Shown here: one piece after another, positions 1-12,974 of the stretch
How positions within the stretch are numbered: the first letter of the stretch is position 1
Layout of the letters: each line of letters opens with the position of its first letter
NCBI GenBank assembly: GCA_002269645.1
Contig: NIVC01002095.1
Span: 1-64,000, forward strand
DNA length: 64,000 nt
Direction: 5' to 3'
DNA from: Macrostomum lignano
Lineage: Eukaryota
Made by a program: the position numbers and the translations under genes
The notes under the pieces: generated by a model
Told to the model about the DNA's origin: nothing
Seen by the model: only the letters and a program-made list of their open reading frames with translations
Databases searched by the model: none

Positions 1-1082
1 GGACTCCCTTGAGCAGGCGCTTGACTTGTGGGAACACAAAGAAGTCACATGGTGCCAAGTTGGGGCTGTAGGGTGGGTGCTGAAGCAGTTGGACGTGATT
101 CTGCTCTATGAACTCCACAGTTAGTCCGCGCAATGTGGGCCGGGGTGTTGTCCTGGTGAGCAGCAACGCCGCGATGGCGAGTCCTTGGCGCTTCTTAGCA
201 AATGGATTGCAGCACCTGGGGCATACAGTCGGTTACATACCAGCCCGCAGTCACTGTCGCCGCTGTGTTACTACAGAATCATGGCTACGGGACTGCTGCG
301 AGCCAAAAAACAGCCACCATCTCTTGGCGACGCTTCGTGACTGCACCAGCTTTGAAGGTGGCGGGCTGCCAATGGGGGTCACTGGCGACTGCTGCTTGCT
401 CTCTGGGTCAAAACAGTATACCCAGGTCTCATCACACTGACAATGTCCCAGGAGCTAGTTGATCTTCCATCGTTGAATCTTTCAAGCATTGAATGGCACC
501 AATCGATCCAGCCTGTTTCTGCTCCTGGTCAGGTGATGAGCATCCAGCGTGCGGACACCTTGCTGAGGCCAAGCCTTTCATGTAGGATGGTTGAGGTGCT
601 TCCCGATGATATATTCCCACAGCAGTGGCTAGCTGTTGCACTGTCAACCGCAGGTCTTCCTCAACCAGGGCTGCACTGCAGCCACTGTTCCTGAGTGGTC
701 AAACTTGGGGGTCGTCCTTTGCAAGCCTCATCTTGAGCGACACTCGCCCTGACAAAATTCCGCGAACTAGTCAAAGACGGTTGTTCTCAAGGGTGCAGTA
801 TCCCGAAGGCTAGGCGAAGCCATTCTAGCTTTGCAACTGGTTCAGACCACATTTGTAGTCGTAAAAAATCATTGCTCTCCATGGATGTGTGACAGTTCCA
901 TAATAGATACTTGAAGTTGGAGTGATAGGTGACTTTGAAGTGAAGTTGTGAGATTCAGGTTTATTGTGTAACCTTTAATTTATGTCAAATCTCAGGAGAT
1001 GTACATTTTTCATGTGAGTACATTTTGAGCAGCCTAGAGTGCGCTGGCTCTTATGGTCCGGAGACTTATTGAACGCCCCTCA
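1..1082 (-). mobile_element. Degenerate mariner (Tc1/mariner) DNA transposon; 5' TIR present, 3' end beyond window start
   Basis: Minus strand from ATG at 901 reads, with stops and frameshifts: MELSHI..AMIFYDYKCGL..AFGDTAP.RTTVF..FAEF..GR.SLKDE..GRP, ILHERLGLSKVSARW, DETWVYCFDPESKQQS, HQDNTPAH and HPPYSPNLAPCDFFVFPQVK. These are the canonical mariner motifs. The element end reads TA|TGAGGGGCGTTCAATAAGTCTCCGG (TA at 1083-1084), similar to irritans-type TIR starts. Confidence 0.93.
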
Positions 1083-2201
1083 TAAAAAATATATTTGTAT
1101 AAGAAAATTCCTTATAACAATATTATCCTTATAGTTATAATATTATAATACATAGGTCTAGCCTTAGGCCCAATAATAATGACTATATGTAGACAACAAA
1201 ATAAATAATATATACTAAGTGGTCTGTTAATGGCCTTAGAATTGCTTATTTTTTTGTAAATAGGATTTATGTTTCTTAAAAAATATATATTTTTAGTATC
1301 TCAGTAATTATCTAATTATCCAACTATCTAGTCTTTATGACTGAGATATCATTGAGATTAAATGGTCATGACTTTCTCAATACTGTTTATTAATCTGAGA
1401 CTTATTGGTTTCACTTCAATCTCCTTTAGTATTCTATTTATCAATAGTATATGGTATGATTTCCAGTTTGGTCTAAAAAGTCATCTATTTTAAACATGCT
1501 TTTCAATATTTATCTAAAAATTCAATTATTTAATGCATGATAAAAACAAGTTCAATTGGCCTAGTACACAAAAAGTTAGTGGATTTACTAGCTAGTTATA
1601 TGTAGATAAGTTTTAATTATCTATATTTTGCATGTATAAACATGTGTAATGTAATGTATAGTGAAATCAATAAATCAATAATAATACTTAATAGACAAAT
1701 ATTTGATATTATGGAAACTAATTTAATAGTAACATAATTATATATGCTAGTTTGTCAGAAACTTTGTCAGTTTATATTTTACATAAGTAATGTACAAAAG
1801 TGCATGTTCAAATTGAAATGTTTATGCTATTGGTTATTTATTATTTTTGTTAGAACTTTAATCATTTAGAATATATTTTGTAAATTGGCATAGTATTGCA
1901 TAGACTAACAAGTCTTTTAGTTTTAAGACTGATTTAGTAGCTAATGATTTTTTGTTTTTTTCTACAGATGTAAAAAATCAATCAAAGGATAGAAAAAATT
2001 ATAGACATTGTTTGTTTTGTTTTATTAGTTTGCTATAATTTGCTTGCTTTAAGCAATAAATATGTTAGAATCTACTATACAAAATTATGCATTTGAACCT
2101 ATATACTAGGATAGTCCTTGCCTATTCACAAAAATAGTTTTAGTTTAAAAATATCAAAATAAACCTTAATGCTTGCATGACATACCATAGTGAGCTTTCT
2201 G

Positions 2202-4260
2202 ATGTTTGACCACACAGCAGTATGTGTTATATTGCTGTTGGCAATATGCCAATTTGGTTCAATTTTGCATTCAAGTCAAGCAGAAGCAGAAGCAATCAGC
2301 AAATTGTCAAGCACGGTTGAACAGTCTAAATATGAATCAGAAGAACATGATAAGGCTTCTCTGTACCCAGATGTAGTCAGCCAATCAGAGTCGAGTGTTT
2401 CAGAATCGCCATTAGATGCTAGCCAATCAGAATCAAGTAAGTCAGAATCGTCATCTGATGCCAGCCAATCAGAATCGAGTGATTCAGAATCACCATTAGA
2501 TGCAGCCAATCAGAATTGAGTAAATCAGAATCGTCCTCAGAAGTCAACCAATCAAATATAAGCAATTCTAGACAGCTATCAAACGGCATCCAATCAGCAT
2601 CAAATGCTAGCCAGTTTCAACCGCCGCCAAATTTGTCGGCCAGATCAAAGCGCCGTTTTAATTGTTCTAATCGAGCCCGATTAGCAAACGAATCGACTGT
2701 GCAGAATTCTGTTACGTTGATTAGTTCATCAGATTTTGCTGAATTGCGCGCCGCGCTAACTGCAAAACCAGCGCCGGCGCCAGTTGACGGCCTCGGAAGC
2801 GAATGCGACAACGGCAGCGGACAGATTAGTACCAATCAGTCAACACAGTGCGCCGTGCTGTTGTACTATCTGCCTTATTGTCCATATTCTGTCGCTCTGG
2901 CGCCACACTTCAATGCGCTGACTAGGTGAGGATGCGATATGATAAGTATCTAGATTGATTAATATTCTATGGAAAAAGGCTCTCATAGTGAAACTACGTA
3001 GAGTTATAAAAGAATGACAGCGAAAAAATGTGATGAGAAGGGGAGAAGTGAAGAGAGCCGGGAGAAATAAAGGCAGAGGGGACAGGTAGGAATGAATGGA
3101 GAGAGGAAAAGTGAAAGGAGATTAAGGAAGAGGAAAAAATGAAAGGAGAGGGAAAAATGAAAGGAGAGGGAGAAAGGAAAGAAGAAGGGAGAAATGAAGG
3201 GAGAGGGAGAAATGAAGGGAGAGGGAGAAGTGAAGGGAGAGGAGAGAAATGAAGGAAGAGGGAGAAATGAAGGAAGAGGGGAGAAGTGAAGGAAGAGGGG
3301 AGAAGTGAAGGAAGAGGGAGAAATGAAGGGAGAGGGGAGAAATGAAGGGAGAGGGAAGAAATGAAGGGAGAGGGGAGAAATGAAGGGAGAGGGGAGAAAT
3401 GAAGGGAGAGGGGAGAAATGAAGGAAGAGGGAGAAATGAAGGGAGAGGGGAGAAATGAAGGGAGAGGGGAGAAATGAAGGGAGAGGGAGAAATGAAGGGA
3501 GAGGGGAGAAATGAAGGGAGAGGGAGAAATGAAGGGAGAGGGGAGAAATGAAGGAAGAAGGGAGAAGTGAAGGAAGAGGGAGAAATGAAGGGAGAGGGAG
3601 AATGAAGGGAGAGGGGAGAATGAAGGGAGAGGGGAGAATGAAGGGAGAGGGAGAATGAAGGGAGGGGAGAATGAAGGGAGGGGAGAATGAAGGGAAAGGG
3701 AGAATGAAGGAGAGGGAGAATGAAGGGAGAGGGGAGAATGAAGGGAGAGGGGAGAATGAAGGGAGAGGGGAGAATGAAGGGAAAGGGCACTCTCATTAAA
3801 AGAGAGCACCAGAACTGACGCATTGCCTTATACCGCATACAATCTGTACAGAGTGTTCCCCGGTCTGCACTTTTTCGCGGCCGAGGCGGACAAGGTGAGC
3901 CCGTTCTATGCCAACTACACCACCAGCATGGCGCCACATATTCGAATTTACGGGGATCGAGAATACGCTTGCGTGAATATCAGCTTGCGCAAGCTGGACT
4001 CTCTGATACCGGAGCTAGCCAATCTCACTGGCCACAAACCGCTGCCAAATGTCAGCCTGACTGAATCAGACTTCGCCGGTCCCGTGCCAACAGTTTTGAC
4101 TCAACAATTCGACTATTGGCTACTATTGTCCAGCTTATATTTTATTGTCTTTCTTTTGCCTTGGTTGGCTTCGAAATTTCCACGCGTTCGATTGTGTCTG
4201 GCGCGATTGTTAGTAAAATTGACGCGATTGGCTGGCGCGGCGCATGAGCACGCAGATTGA
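2202..4260 (+). CDS. TXNDC15: Thioredoxin domain-containing protein 15; 2 exons, apparent 1-bp deletion at ~2503
   Basis: Exon 1 is 2202-2925 (AG|GTGAG) and exon 2 is 3852-4260 (TACAG|). The joined protein has a signal peptide, Ser/Glu-rich 14-aa repeats, CAVLLYYLPYCPYSVALAPHFNALTRVFPGLHFFA, then GPVPTVL..DYWLLLSSLYFIVFLL (TM helix). This matches the TXNDC15 motifs C.LVLFY.PWC.FS..LAPHFN.L.R.FP.LHF and GP.P..L...DW. Confidence 0.88.
3030..3790. repeat. Purine-rich ~19-20 bp minisatellite (GGGAGAAATGAAGGGAGAG) in TXNDC15 intron
   Basis: Direct tandem copies with small indels; source of the spurious 271-aa minus-strand ORFs. Confidence 0.95.
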
Positions 4261-5089
4261 TTAGTTCAAGATTGTCACATTTTCGCCTTGTAAAGCATTA
4301 TTCACTACATATCGGAAGATTGGCTGATCATTAAAATTTGATTATTTCTATAAAAGTTTTCTATAAGAAAAATTCTCGACTCAAAGAACTAAATACGCTA
4401 TATATCGGTCGATAGACTTTCACATTAAGCCTTTGAGAAAAATGGCACTGTATGAAACGTTATACGCAACATATCGGTAGATAAAATGTCATATTAATCC
4501 ATTAAAAAAGCAGTGTATGAAACGTTTTATGCTACATATCGGTCAGTATACCAAATGGTTGATTATATTCTACTACTAAATTTATTGATTGTATGGGGAT
4601 AATTAGTGATTAATAAGAGCGATTTACGCTGCATATCGCTTGTGGGAACGACCGGATTACCAGAATTTAATACCATAATAAAGTCAAGCCTTTTCTGCTT
4701 ATTTCCTTGCAGACCTATGTACGAGGGTAGGATGTATACTTTTAGTCAATGCGTTAGTATTATTTTATTAATAAATATATGGTTACTATAACTATTGTTG
4801 ACTGCGCACCCTGTGTAATATCGTTAGTTAAAGACAGGTTAATTAATCCTGTAAACAGTACGGTTTTCTTAACTGTTCAGAAAATAGATAAATCTGCAAT
4901 ACTATTATGCCACTGTGTACAGTTTCACTGATCTCATATGGACTTTGTTAAACTGTTTGTTTTTATTTGTTGTTAAATACGTACACTGCTTGAATCCTGC
5001 TGTGACTCTAGGCTTTTGTTCCTTTGTTTTGAACTTGATTAATTGTTTTTTTCTAGTAGCAGCAAACTTTTCTTTCACTGAGAGATACG

Positions 5090-5620
<531 letters not shown>

Positions 5621-5701
5621 CGGTATTCATTCGCAAACATATAATTAAGAGTTAAATCCATGCCATAAATTTTTGCAGTCAGCTTCTCAAGCGTCTTTAT
5701 A

Positions 5702-6045
5702 ATGGCAACAGCGCAGCAGCAGCAAGAGATGCAACAGCAACAGCAGCTGCAGCAAACCTGCTGGTGGTCCTACACCTGGCCTCACAGTCGCAGTCCTCAA
5801 CCGAAATCAGCGGCCAAGCCTCAAGCTCTGGTGGCTCTGGGATCCAAGCCTGTTAAACGAACCATCAGTAGTGGAGTTGTTAAGAAGCGTCTGCAGCAGC
5901 AGCAGAAGAGCCATCAAGTCCTGACCCTGACTATCAAAGCTGGCAATGTTTACGGCAAAACGTCAGGCGAACGGTTTCAGCAACGCCAGCGAGCGGCGTC
6001 TCCTCTGCAAGCTTCGTCAGTGTTAGGCAGACGGCAGCAGTTCCT

Positions 6046-6077
<32 letters not shown>

Positions 6078-6830
6078 TGGATTACCAGGAGCAGCAGCAG
6101 CTTCAGCAGCCGCTCTCAGTCTGTCTCCAGTGCGCTGATTGGGTTGAATGCCAGTCGGCGCATAAGCAGGCCACTGGTCACGTGACCTATCAGCCCGTGT
6201 CTGCCGCCGCCGCGGCTTATTATAAATGCCTGGAGTGTCACATGAGAATGGTTAATCAGCGACAGGTAGGCATATCTCACTTGTCTTACCCGATACTCTC
6301 ACTTGTCTTACCTGATAATCTCACTTGTCTAACCCGATAATCTCACTTGTCTTACCTGATAATCTCATTTTTTATCTGAAAATTTCACTTTATCTACCTC
6401 CAAGATTCGCAGTATTCTCTGCACTGAAAAATTAAATTTAAAGCCCCTAGCAACCACCATCTCAACCCTTTCCACACCAACGCAGGTGTCCGATCACATG
6501 CGCCGGATTAGGCACGTTAACTTTGTCCGTATGGGCATCAACGGCGGCTCGGCGGCTGCTGCGGCGGCCGCGGCGGCTGCGGCAACTTTTCCTGGCGGCG
6601 TCGGCGGCCCAACGACATTCGCCGCCGCACAGACATCGTCGGTAGCGGCCCCGCCCATGGCCAATCACGTCGACATTGGCGGCGCTATGTTATCAACTTC
6701 GCCACCGGGCACCACCGAAACGTCGTCTACTTCGCCGTCGTCAGCCACAACGGTGCTGGCGTCGTTGAATTTCGCCGACTGCGACCGCCTGCTGGATCCG
6801 TTCGCGATGTTCGACGACGCTCTGGGCTGA
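5702..6830 (+). CDS. Poly-Q/poly-A protein with two C2H2-type zinc fingers (~302 aa, 2 exons)
   Basis: Exon 5702-6265 (CAG|GTAGG) joins exon 6486-6830 (CGCAG|) in frame, completing YKCLECHMRMVNQRQVSDHMRRIRH (C-x2-C-x12-H-x5-H) across the intron. A second finger is CLQCADWVECQSAHKQATGH. Confidence 0.75.
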
Positions 6831-7354
6831 GATGCTGTTATTTGCTAGCTAAAAATTCAAGAAAATGCATAGCTGATTTTAATTATTTTTATTTCAAAAA
6901 CCTAGTTTTCGACTTAATTTGCTAATCAGCCTACTTAGTACTAATTAGAGTGAGTAGGATAGGCTGCGCATTTGTCTCTGCTTTTTTCTCACTTGTTCCT
7001 GTCCCTGTGCCCAGATTTGCTAAACGTTTTGTTGTGTTCGAATTCGAATTTTAAAGCTGGTGTTTATTAGAAATATAGCTGGGAAGAAATCCGACTTGCA
7101 GTTGAAAAAATTTGTTCAAACCTGAAAATTGTTCTCGTGTTTTTGTAATAAGACTTGACTTATTCTACTTCAGCGCTCGTCCGGTCTGAAAGTTTATAAT
7201 ATTGTAAAAGTTTGCCGATGGCTGTTACCATGTGGTGTTTTTTATTTTGCTCGGTGTTCATTACTCGTATTTATTCATAATTCATAATCATATTTATTCA
7301 GTAATTGCATCTCATTTCTTTGTCATTCAACCGTAGGTGGGAATCAGTAAGTAA

Positions 7355-7600
7355 TCCAATGAGAATTGGCCTGTCTTAATCCACTGAGATTCGCCCTCAG
7401 TTAATCCAAAGAGATTCGCCCTCAGTTAATCCAATGAGAATTGGCCTCTCTTAATCCACTGAGATTCGCCCTCAGTTAATCCAAAGAGATTCGCCCTCAG
7501 TTAATCCAATGAGAATTGGCCTCTCTTAATCCACTGAGATTCGCCCTCAGTTAATCCAATGAGATTCGCCGTCCGTTAATCTAGTGAGATTCGCCCTCCA
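7355..7600. repeat. 22-23 bp tandem repeat (GAGATTCGCCCTCAGTTAATCCA)
   Basis: About 10 variant copies in a higher-order alternation. Confidence 0.85.
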
Positions 7601-7746
7601 ACAGACTGTATTTGATTCAGCAGATGCGTTCCTTGTATTTTGTGCAAGCTTTATTGGAAGTCTGTGTCTTTGATGTCATATTATGTCTCGTAATATTGTT
7701 TGTCAAATTTAAATCTAGCTTTTATGAGAACTGATCTATGTCTATA

Positions 7747-8862
7747 ATGAGAATAGTCCTATAGCTCTAGATCTCATGATGAGAATCGTCCTATAGCTCT
7801 AGATCTCATGATGAGAATCGTCCTATGGCTCTAGATCTCATGATGAGAATCGTCCTATAGCTCTAGATCTCATGATGAGAATCGTCCTATAGCTCTAGAT
7901 CCCATGATGAGAATCGTCCTATAGCTCTAGATCTCATGATGAGAATCGTCATATAGCTCTAGATCTCATGATGAGAATCGTCATATAGCTCTAGATCTCA
8001 TGATGAGAATCGTCATATAGCTCTAGATCTCATGATGAGAATCGTCCTATGGCTCTAGATCTCATGATGAGAATCGTCCTATAGCTCTAGATCTCATGAT
8101 GAGAATAGTCCTATAGCTCTAGATCTCATGATGAGAATCGTCCTATAGCTCTAGATCTCATGATGAGAATCGTCATATAGCTCTAGATCTCATGATGAGA
8201 ATCGTCCTATGGCTCTAGATCTCATGATGAGAATCGTCCTATAGCTCTAGATCTCATGATGAGAATCGTCCTATAGCTCTAGATCTCATGATGAGAATCG
8301 TCCTATAGCTCTAGATCCCATGATGAGAATCGTCCTATAGCTCTAGATCTCATGATGAGAATCGTCATATAGCTCTAGATCTCATGATGAGAATCGTCAT
8401 ATAGCTCTAGATCTCATGATGAGAATCGTCATATAGCTCTAGATCTCATGATGAGAATCGTCCTATAGCTCTAGATCCCATGATGAGAATCGTCCTATAG
8501 CTCTAGATCCCATGATGAGAATCGTCCTATAGCTCTAGATCTCATGATGAGAATCGTCATATAGCTCTAGATCTCATGATGAGAATCGTCCTATAGCTCT
8601 AGATCTCATGATGAGATTCGTCCTATAGCTCTAGATCCCATGATGAGAATCGTCCTATAGCTCTAGATCCCATGATGAGAATCGTCCTATAGCTCTAGAT
8701 CTCATGATGAGAATCGTCATATAGCTCTAGATCTCATGATGAGAATCGTCCTATAGCTCTAGATCTCATGATGAGATTCGTCCTATAGCTCTAGATTCCA
8801 TGATGAGAATCGTCCTATAGCTCTAGATCCCATGATGAGAATCGTCCTATAGCTCTAGATCT
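7747..8862. repeat. 32-bp tandem satellite, ~35 copies (ATGATGAGAATCGTCCTATAGCTCTAGATCTC)
   Basis: Period of 32 checked (AGATCTCATG at 7801 and 7833); copies are contiguous with no spacers. Confidence 0.97.
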
Positions 8863-9664
8863 GTAAGATCGATGATGAATTGTGCAGCGTAATAACGCAA
8901 AATATGAAAGCTTGAATTTAGAAACTATTATTATTATGCATAAAACTAATTACTCGCCACCTTTGTGTTATGCTATCGCCCGTCATGAATTATAAAATGT
9001 GCCTGTTCGATATATCATAATTATTCACACGATTACACTCGACACATACTACTTTGTCAACTCGGTGCGGCAGCCAGTGCAGTCGGGAATGACCAAGTCA
9101 CACAAGGAGCATATCGCTGTTTTTTATCTCAACCAGCTTGACAATACTGTCATTACAGTACAGTACTAGATGTATTAAACATATTTTCATGTTTTGTAAA
9201 GATATTTCTTTCAATCATTTAAACTCCCGTTCAATATGGCACGTTCGCTGTTACATGTAGTTTCAGCTACTATAATTTATAAGTGCAATAACATACTGTT
9301 GTGGGCTTGATCTCGTGAACTCAAATCCATGTACCGGGACTTGATTTAACTTTTTAAATATAAAGCTATTAGTTGAAATAAATAAAACCAACTGTAATAA
9401 TAAAACTTGTATATTACGCATGTGTATTATTATTATTAACTTTTTATAGTGTTATATTTTACAGCACATTAAGGTAAATGCGATACATATTAATTACAAC
9501 ATAATAAAATTCGTGTTCTGGAACCAGCCTCAACAAAGTACCGAAAACTATTCAACTTGTCTAGGTGCGAGACCTAACTACAAATATCTTTGCTAAAAAA
9601 CTAGAATCATCTGCACTGTGGACAAATCACTCAAATGCTTAGAATTTGAGTCTAAAGCAAAAAC

Positions 9665-10000
9665 TTTCCTAGAAATCGATCGCTCAGCAATACTTTCCTA
9701 GAAGTAGAAATAGATTATTTGTCAATACTTTCTTAGAAATGGATCACTCCTCAATATTGTCCTAGAAATGGATCACTCCTCAATATTGTCCTAGAAATGG
9801 ATTGCTCATCAATACTTTCCTAGAAATCGATTGCTCATCAATACTTTCCTAGAAATCGATCGCCCATCAATACTTTTTCAAAAAAATCGATCGCCCATCA
9901 ATACTTTTTCAAAAAAATCGATCACTCCAATATTTTCCTAGGAATCGATCGCTCCTCAACACTTTATTAGAAGTCGATCAGTGATCAATACTTTCCTAAA
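9665..10000. repeat. ~29-30 bp degenerate tandem repeat (AATACTTTCCTAGAAATCGATCGCTCATC)
   Basis: About 10 diverged copies just downstream of the CEP70 stop. Confidence 0.8.
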
Positions 10001-10128
10001 AATTGCTATCATAGCATGATTTGAATTGACTAACAAAAATTTTCCTTGAATAACAACTCTAACAAAAACAAAGAATAACCATAATCCTCAGTTAAATAAT
10101 ATGCACATACAAATTTCAATGCACATAA

Positions 10129-12974
10129 TTAGTCGATTCCGGTAATCTGCTGTCTGCTGCCTCGACGACTGCCCCCAGTGCCGCCGCCGTCCCAGCCGGC
10201 CGCGCGGGCCACCCTGGCGCAGGCGCACACAGCTGGCAGAATATGCGACATCCGACTGACGCCCAGTTCCTCGCGCAACTCGCTAACCAGACCGGTAAAC
10301 TGACCGAAAAACCGGTCGTACTCGGCCAGCCGGCTGGCTAAACCAGAAATTTCGTCCGGGCCGAGCAGACGCGCCAGACAGTCGCGCGCTTCGGATTCGC
10401 GCGTCGTTGCCAGGCGCTCTACAGCGGCGGCCACGGCTCGGGACGAAGTGTTGCTAGGAAGGCGAAGAGTATCGCGCAGGTTGTCTAGGCACAGGGGGTA
10501 AGGGAAAACGAAAAATTAAGATTGGCAACAGAAACAGATGACATTGAATGAGACATGACCTTGAAAAGGACTTGAAATTGAAAAAGACACGACCTTGGAT
10601 AAGATTCACCTTGAATAAGACTTGACCTTGAATAAGGCATGACCTTGAATAAAACATGACCTTAATTAAATAAGATTGACCTTGAATAAGACATGATCTT
10701 GAATAAGACTTGACCTTGAATAAGATTTGACCCCGAAAAGACATGACCTTGAATAAGAAGACCTTGAATAAGACATGACCTTGAATAAGACGACCTTGAA
10801 TAAGACATGACCTTGAATAAGACATGGCCTTGAAAAAGATGTACATTGAAAAAGGAAAAGACTACATTTACTATTACGGCACTCACTCATCAATGAGTCG
10901 CACTCGTTCACCCGCCTGTGCAGCAGGCTGAGCCTCGCCTCGCAGGCTGGCAGTGCCGTTGGCGTGTCGAATAGACGAGCAAAATGTTGAACAAACTGAT
11001 CAGCCTCTGTTGGGGTCATAACCAAACTTGACCCAATATTCTTGTCTCTTAGTTGACTTTCTTCTGTTGGTTATGGAGTAATAATGAAGTTAATAATTAA
11101 TAAGCATTCATTATATCAGTACAATAACAGCCAGCGAGAATTCAACTACGCTAGGATTGAACCTTAAAAACTCTCAAAGCCTTATTTAAGAACAAAATTA
11201 AACTAAAATGGCCTTGAATGGAAATGGCCATGAAATGGAATGATCTTAAATAAGGTTGACCTTGAACTTGAATCGAAAGGACCTTGAATAGAAATGACCT
11301 TGAAATGGAATGAGCTTGCATGGAAATGACCTTGAAATGGAATTACTTTGAATAAGACTGACCTTGAATGAAATGACCTTGAATAAGGTTGACCTTGAAT
11401 ACGGTTAACCTTGAAATGGAATATGACATTGAATGGAAATGACCTTGAAATGGAATGACCTTGAATAAGGTTCACTTTAAAAGGAAATAACATGAAAAAA
11501 ATTGACCTACCTTAAAAGATTGACCTCAAAAAGGAGAGACAAATATTATTAACTACAGGTGCTTAAAATTTTCACCAACTATATACACTATAAACCAACA
11601 AATACAATCAACTACCAAATTCTGAGCCAACACTGGCACGCTGTTTTCCTCGGCCGCCTTCGCTGTTGCATCGTCGCCGCGATCGGTGTTGATCCCGACG
11701 ATGATGCTGGTGTCGCCGATGTTGTCGTCGTCGTTGCTCTAGCTCGGCCAGCAGCTCCGCGTTGCTATGCCGATGCGACTGGACATCGCCGCTGCCGACC
11801 TGTCCGGCTTGCCCAAGATTGTCAGCGATTAAATTATCTGCATAGTCGTCAAACACGACAGCCTTAGCGGCGTCCAACACTGGCAACGCGGCTGCGTACG
11901 CGTCCGAGATGGACAGGAGATCGGACAGGGCGCCGTCCAGTTCCACTGGCCGACGAAGTCCAAGAATTTTTAAAGCCCGATCGAGAGCGGCAGAACGATC
12001 GCGATGCAGTTCGAGATCGGCTAGGAGGCGAGTCAATTGGCGACAGCGCTCGGCCGCCTGGGTTGGGTTGGGTGGGTTTGACAGCGGTTATGTTGCGACC
12101 TTGAAAAGGAATGGCCTTGACTTGAGAATGACTTTGAAAAGAAACGATCTTGAATGGCAATTATATTGAGAGGGAATTACCTTGAGGGAATGACCTTGAA
12201 AGGAAACGATCCTAAATGGCGCGACCCTGAGGGAATGACCTTGAAAGGAAACGATCCTAAATGGCGCGACCCTGAGGGAATGACCTTGAAAGGAAACGAT
12301 CCTAAATGGCGCGACCCTGAGGGAATGACCTTGAAAGGAAACGATCCTAAATGGCGCGACCCTGAGGGAATGACCTTGAAAGTAAACAATCTTGAATGGG
12401 AATGATCATGAGAGGGAATGATGACCTTAAGAGGGAATGACATTGAAAGGAAACGATCTTAAATGACACGACCTTGAGAAGGAATTACCTCGGAAGGGAA
12501 TGACCTTGAGAGGGTATGACCTTAAAAAGGAATGACATTGTGATGGAATGACAAAAAACTGATTGGCTTTATTAGCTTTTAAATCAGATTGGCCTTTTAA
12601 GTGTTTTAAATATATTTGAATTATCAAGACTTGACTTAATCAGAACCATGAATAGGACTTAGGCCGAATGATAAGTGAATGGAATAAATTGATTGCTGCA
12701 CACAATAACAAAGCACTATTGGCTGATTTACCTGTTCAGCCAGGGCATTAACAGCCAACCTTAATTGTACTGATTCATCTACAGTTAGACAGAGATGACC
12801 ATCAATAGCTTTTGGCCTTGGACAGCTAATAGAATTAGCTAGTTGAGGCTGATCACATAATAGACCAACATTGGCTAATGTATCAAGCCAGAGATCATGC
12901 TCAGATTCCATTGTTGCTGACATAGAATTATCTACTGCTTGAAGAGTATTTTGGTTCTCTTTGCAATTGGTCAT
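10129..12974 (-). CDS. CEP70: Centrosomal protein CEP70-like (~386 aa, 4 exons)
   Basis: Exons 12974-12732, 12057-11616, 11006-10887 and 10484-10129 splice with GT-AG and consistent phases (0,1,1). The C-terminus VQHFARLFDTP...LHRRVNECDSLMNNLRDTLRL...RLLGPDEISGLASRLAEYDRFFGQFTGLVSELREELGVSRMSHILPAV parallels the conserved CEP70 C-terminal domain (..LGP.DL..I..KL.EH..FF..F.....L...L.......IVPAV). Confidence 0.8.
10555..12545. repeat. GACCTTGAA-core minisatellites in all three CEP70 introns (10555-10845, 11205-11500, 12095-12545)
   Basis: Same core with intron-specific tails (GACCTTGAATAA, GACCTTGAAATGGAAT, GACCTTGAAAGGAAAC), including a near-perfect 45-bp unit at ~12180-12380. Confidence 0.9.

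Noticed and set aside
4718-4740. TACGAGGG resembling a mariner TIR start
   Set aside because: Only 8 bp; no partner repeat or transposase remnant found.
7747-8862. 32-bp repeat (also the 55-bp repeat at 45523) as a CRISPR array
   Set aside because: Units are contiguous with no unique spacers, no cas genes, and the context is eukaryotic.
11608-11740. Possible frameshift in CEP70 exon 2 (an alternative frame DDDNIGDTSII looks protein-like)
   Set aside because: The unshifted frame gives the correct phase-1 junction with the next exon; the alternative frame leads to a stop.
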